The notes under the pieces: model-generated
The model's input: the letters and a program-made list of their open reading frames with translations, nothing else
Told to the model about the DNA's origin: nothing
Databases searched by the model: none
Position numbers and translations under genes: made by a program
Shown: in pieces, positions 63,443 through 64,000 of the stretch
Position numbering within the stretch: position 1 is the stretch's first letter
How the letters are laid out: every line of letters begins with the position of its first letter
Origin: Anthoceros angustus
Taxonomy: Eukaryota; Plantae; Anthocerotophyta
DNA length: 64,000 nt
Direction: 5' to 3'
Assembly (NCBI GenBank): GCA_010909165.1
Contig: MU008157.1
Coordinates: forward strand, 744,001-808,000

Positions 63443-63898
63443 ATGGCCATGGATCCGGACGTGGATTCCATGGAGAAAGTGAAGACAGGATTGTGCGAGC
63501 CCACCAAAGTTCTGCTGGAGAACCACAGGCTACTCCCCCTGCTCACTCAATTCAAGGTGCTTTCAAGAAAGCAGAGCAACCGCAAGAGCGTGGGAGAGAC
63601 ATGCGTGTCGGCGCTCATCCGGCACCTCAACAACGCTGCGAGCACACCGAGGATAAAAGCAGAGGGAGCAAACGTGGTGCTCAACATCTGCTACGAGAAG
63701 GAGAACGTGGACGTCGTGTTGCGGTGCGGAGGAGCTGCAACATTGGTAGGATTCTTAGGATCAGCAGAGGAGGAGCTCCAAGCCAACGCGGCCGGGGCGC
63801 TGCAGAGCATCTGCTTCCAGCCGGACGGCCGCAAAATGGTGCGAGAGCTGGGAGCGATTCCGCCTCTCGTAGACCTGCTCGCGTCCCCGTCCATGAAC
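63443..63898 (+). CDS. Armadillo-repeat protein, first visible coding exon (gene continues beyond the window)
   Basis: IKAEGANVVLNICYEKENVDVVLRCGGAATLVGFL..EELQANAAGALQSICF...GAIPPLVDLL.S are ARM-repeat consensus features. GTGAG donor at 63,899. The start codon is uncertain and upstream exons are possible. Confidence 0.72.
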
Positions 63899-64000
63899 GT
63901 GAGTCCCGCACGCCTGCAGATCTGGAGTCCTGGCTTGCACAGTCAGGTGTAGGGCATTGCAGATCGATGAACTCCGGGGTTGGAGCTCACGGGAGTGGTG

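Overview
Eukaryotic, plant-like window with two zones. Bases 1-~56,450 are a nest of degenerate LTR retrotransposons. (1) 1-6,650: a Ty3/Gypsy pol ordered protease - C5 cytosine DNA methyltransferase - RT - RNase H - integrase - PHD finger; this is the most notable feature. (2) 6,650-12,270: a tandem array of ~1-kb LTR-like units. (3) 12,271-14,575: the 5' part of a Ty1/Copia element on the minus strand. (4) 16,906-53,644: a 36.7-kb Athila/Tat-like Gypsy tandem (LTR-internal-LTR-internal-LTR) whose 4.6-10.6-kb LTRs themselves carry a long degenerate ORF; it sits between 23-bp inverted repeats. (5) 54,539-56,450: an LTR + PBS + gag fragment of a further Gypsy. Bases ~57,850-64,000 are a very compact cluster of apparently intact host genes: TGD4 (-, 5 exons), a plastid-type KsgA/PFC1 rRNA dimethyltransferase (+, intronless), TTLL9 tubulin glutamylase (-) and the start of an ARM-repeat gene (+). 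TGD4/PFC1 start codons are 41 nt apart, and the PFC1 and TTLL9 coding ends overlap by 65 nt. TGD4 plus TTLL9 plus short introns suggest a compact-genome streptophyte with flagellated cells, such as a hornwort or lycophyte (inference only). The repeats are full of 1-bp indels and microhomology-bounded tandem duplications while the genes are clean, so part of the repeat structure may be assembly or polishing artefact. All protein assignments come from motif recognition by eye; no database searches were run.
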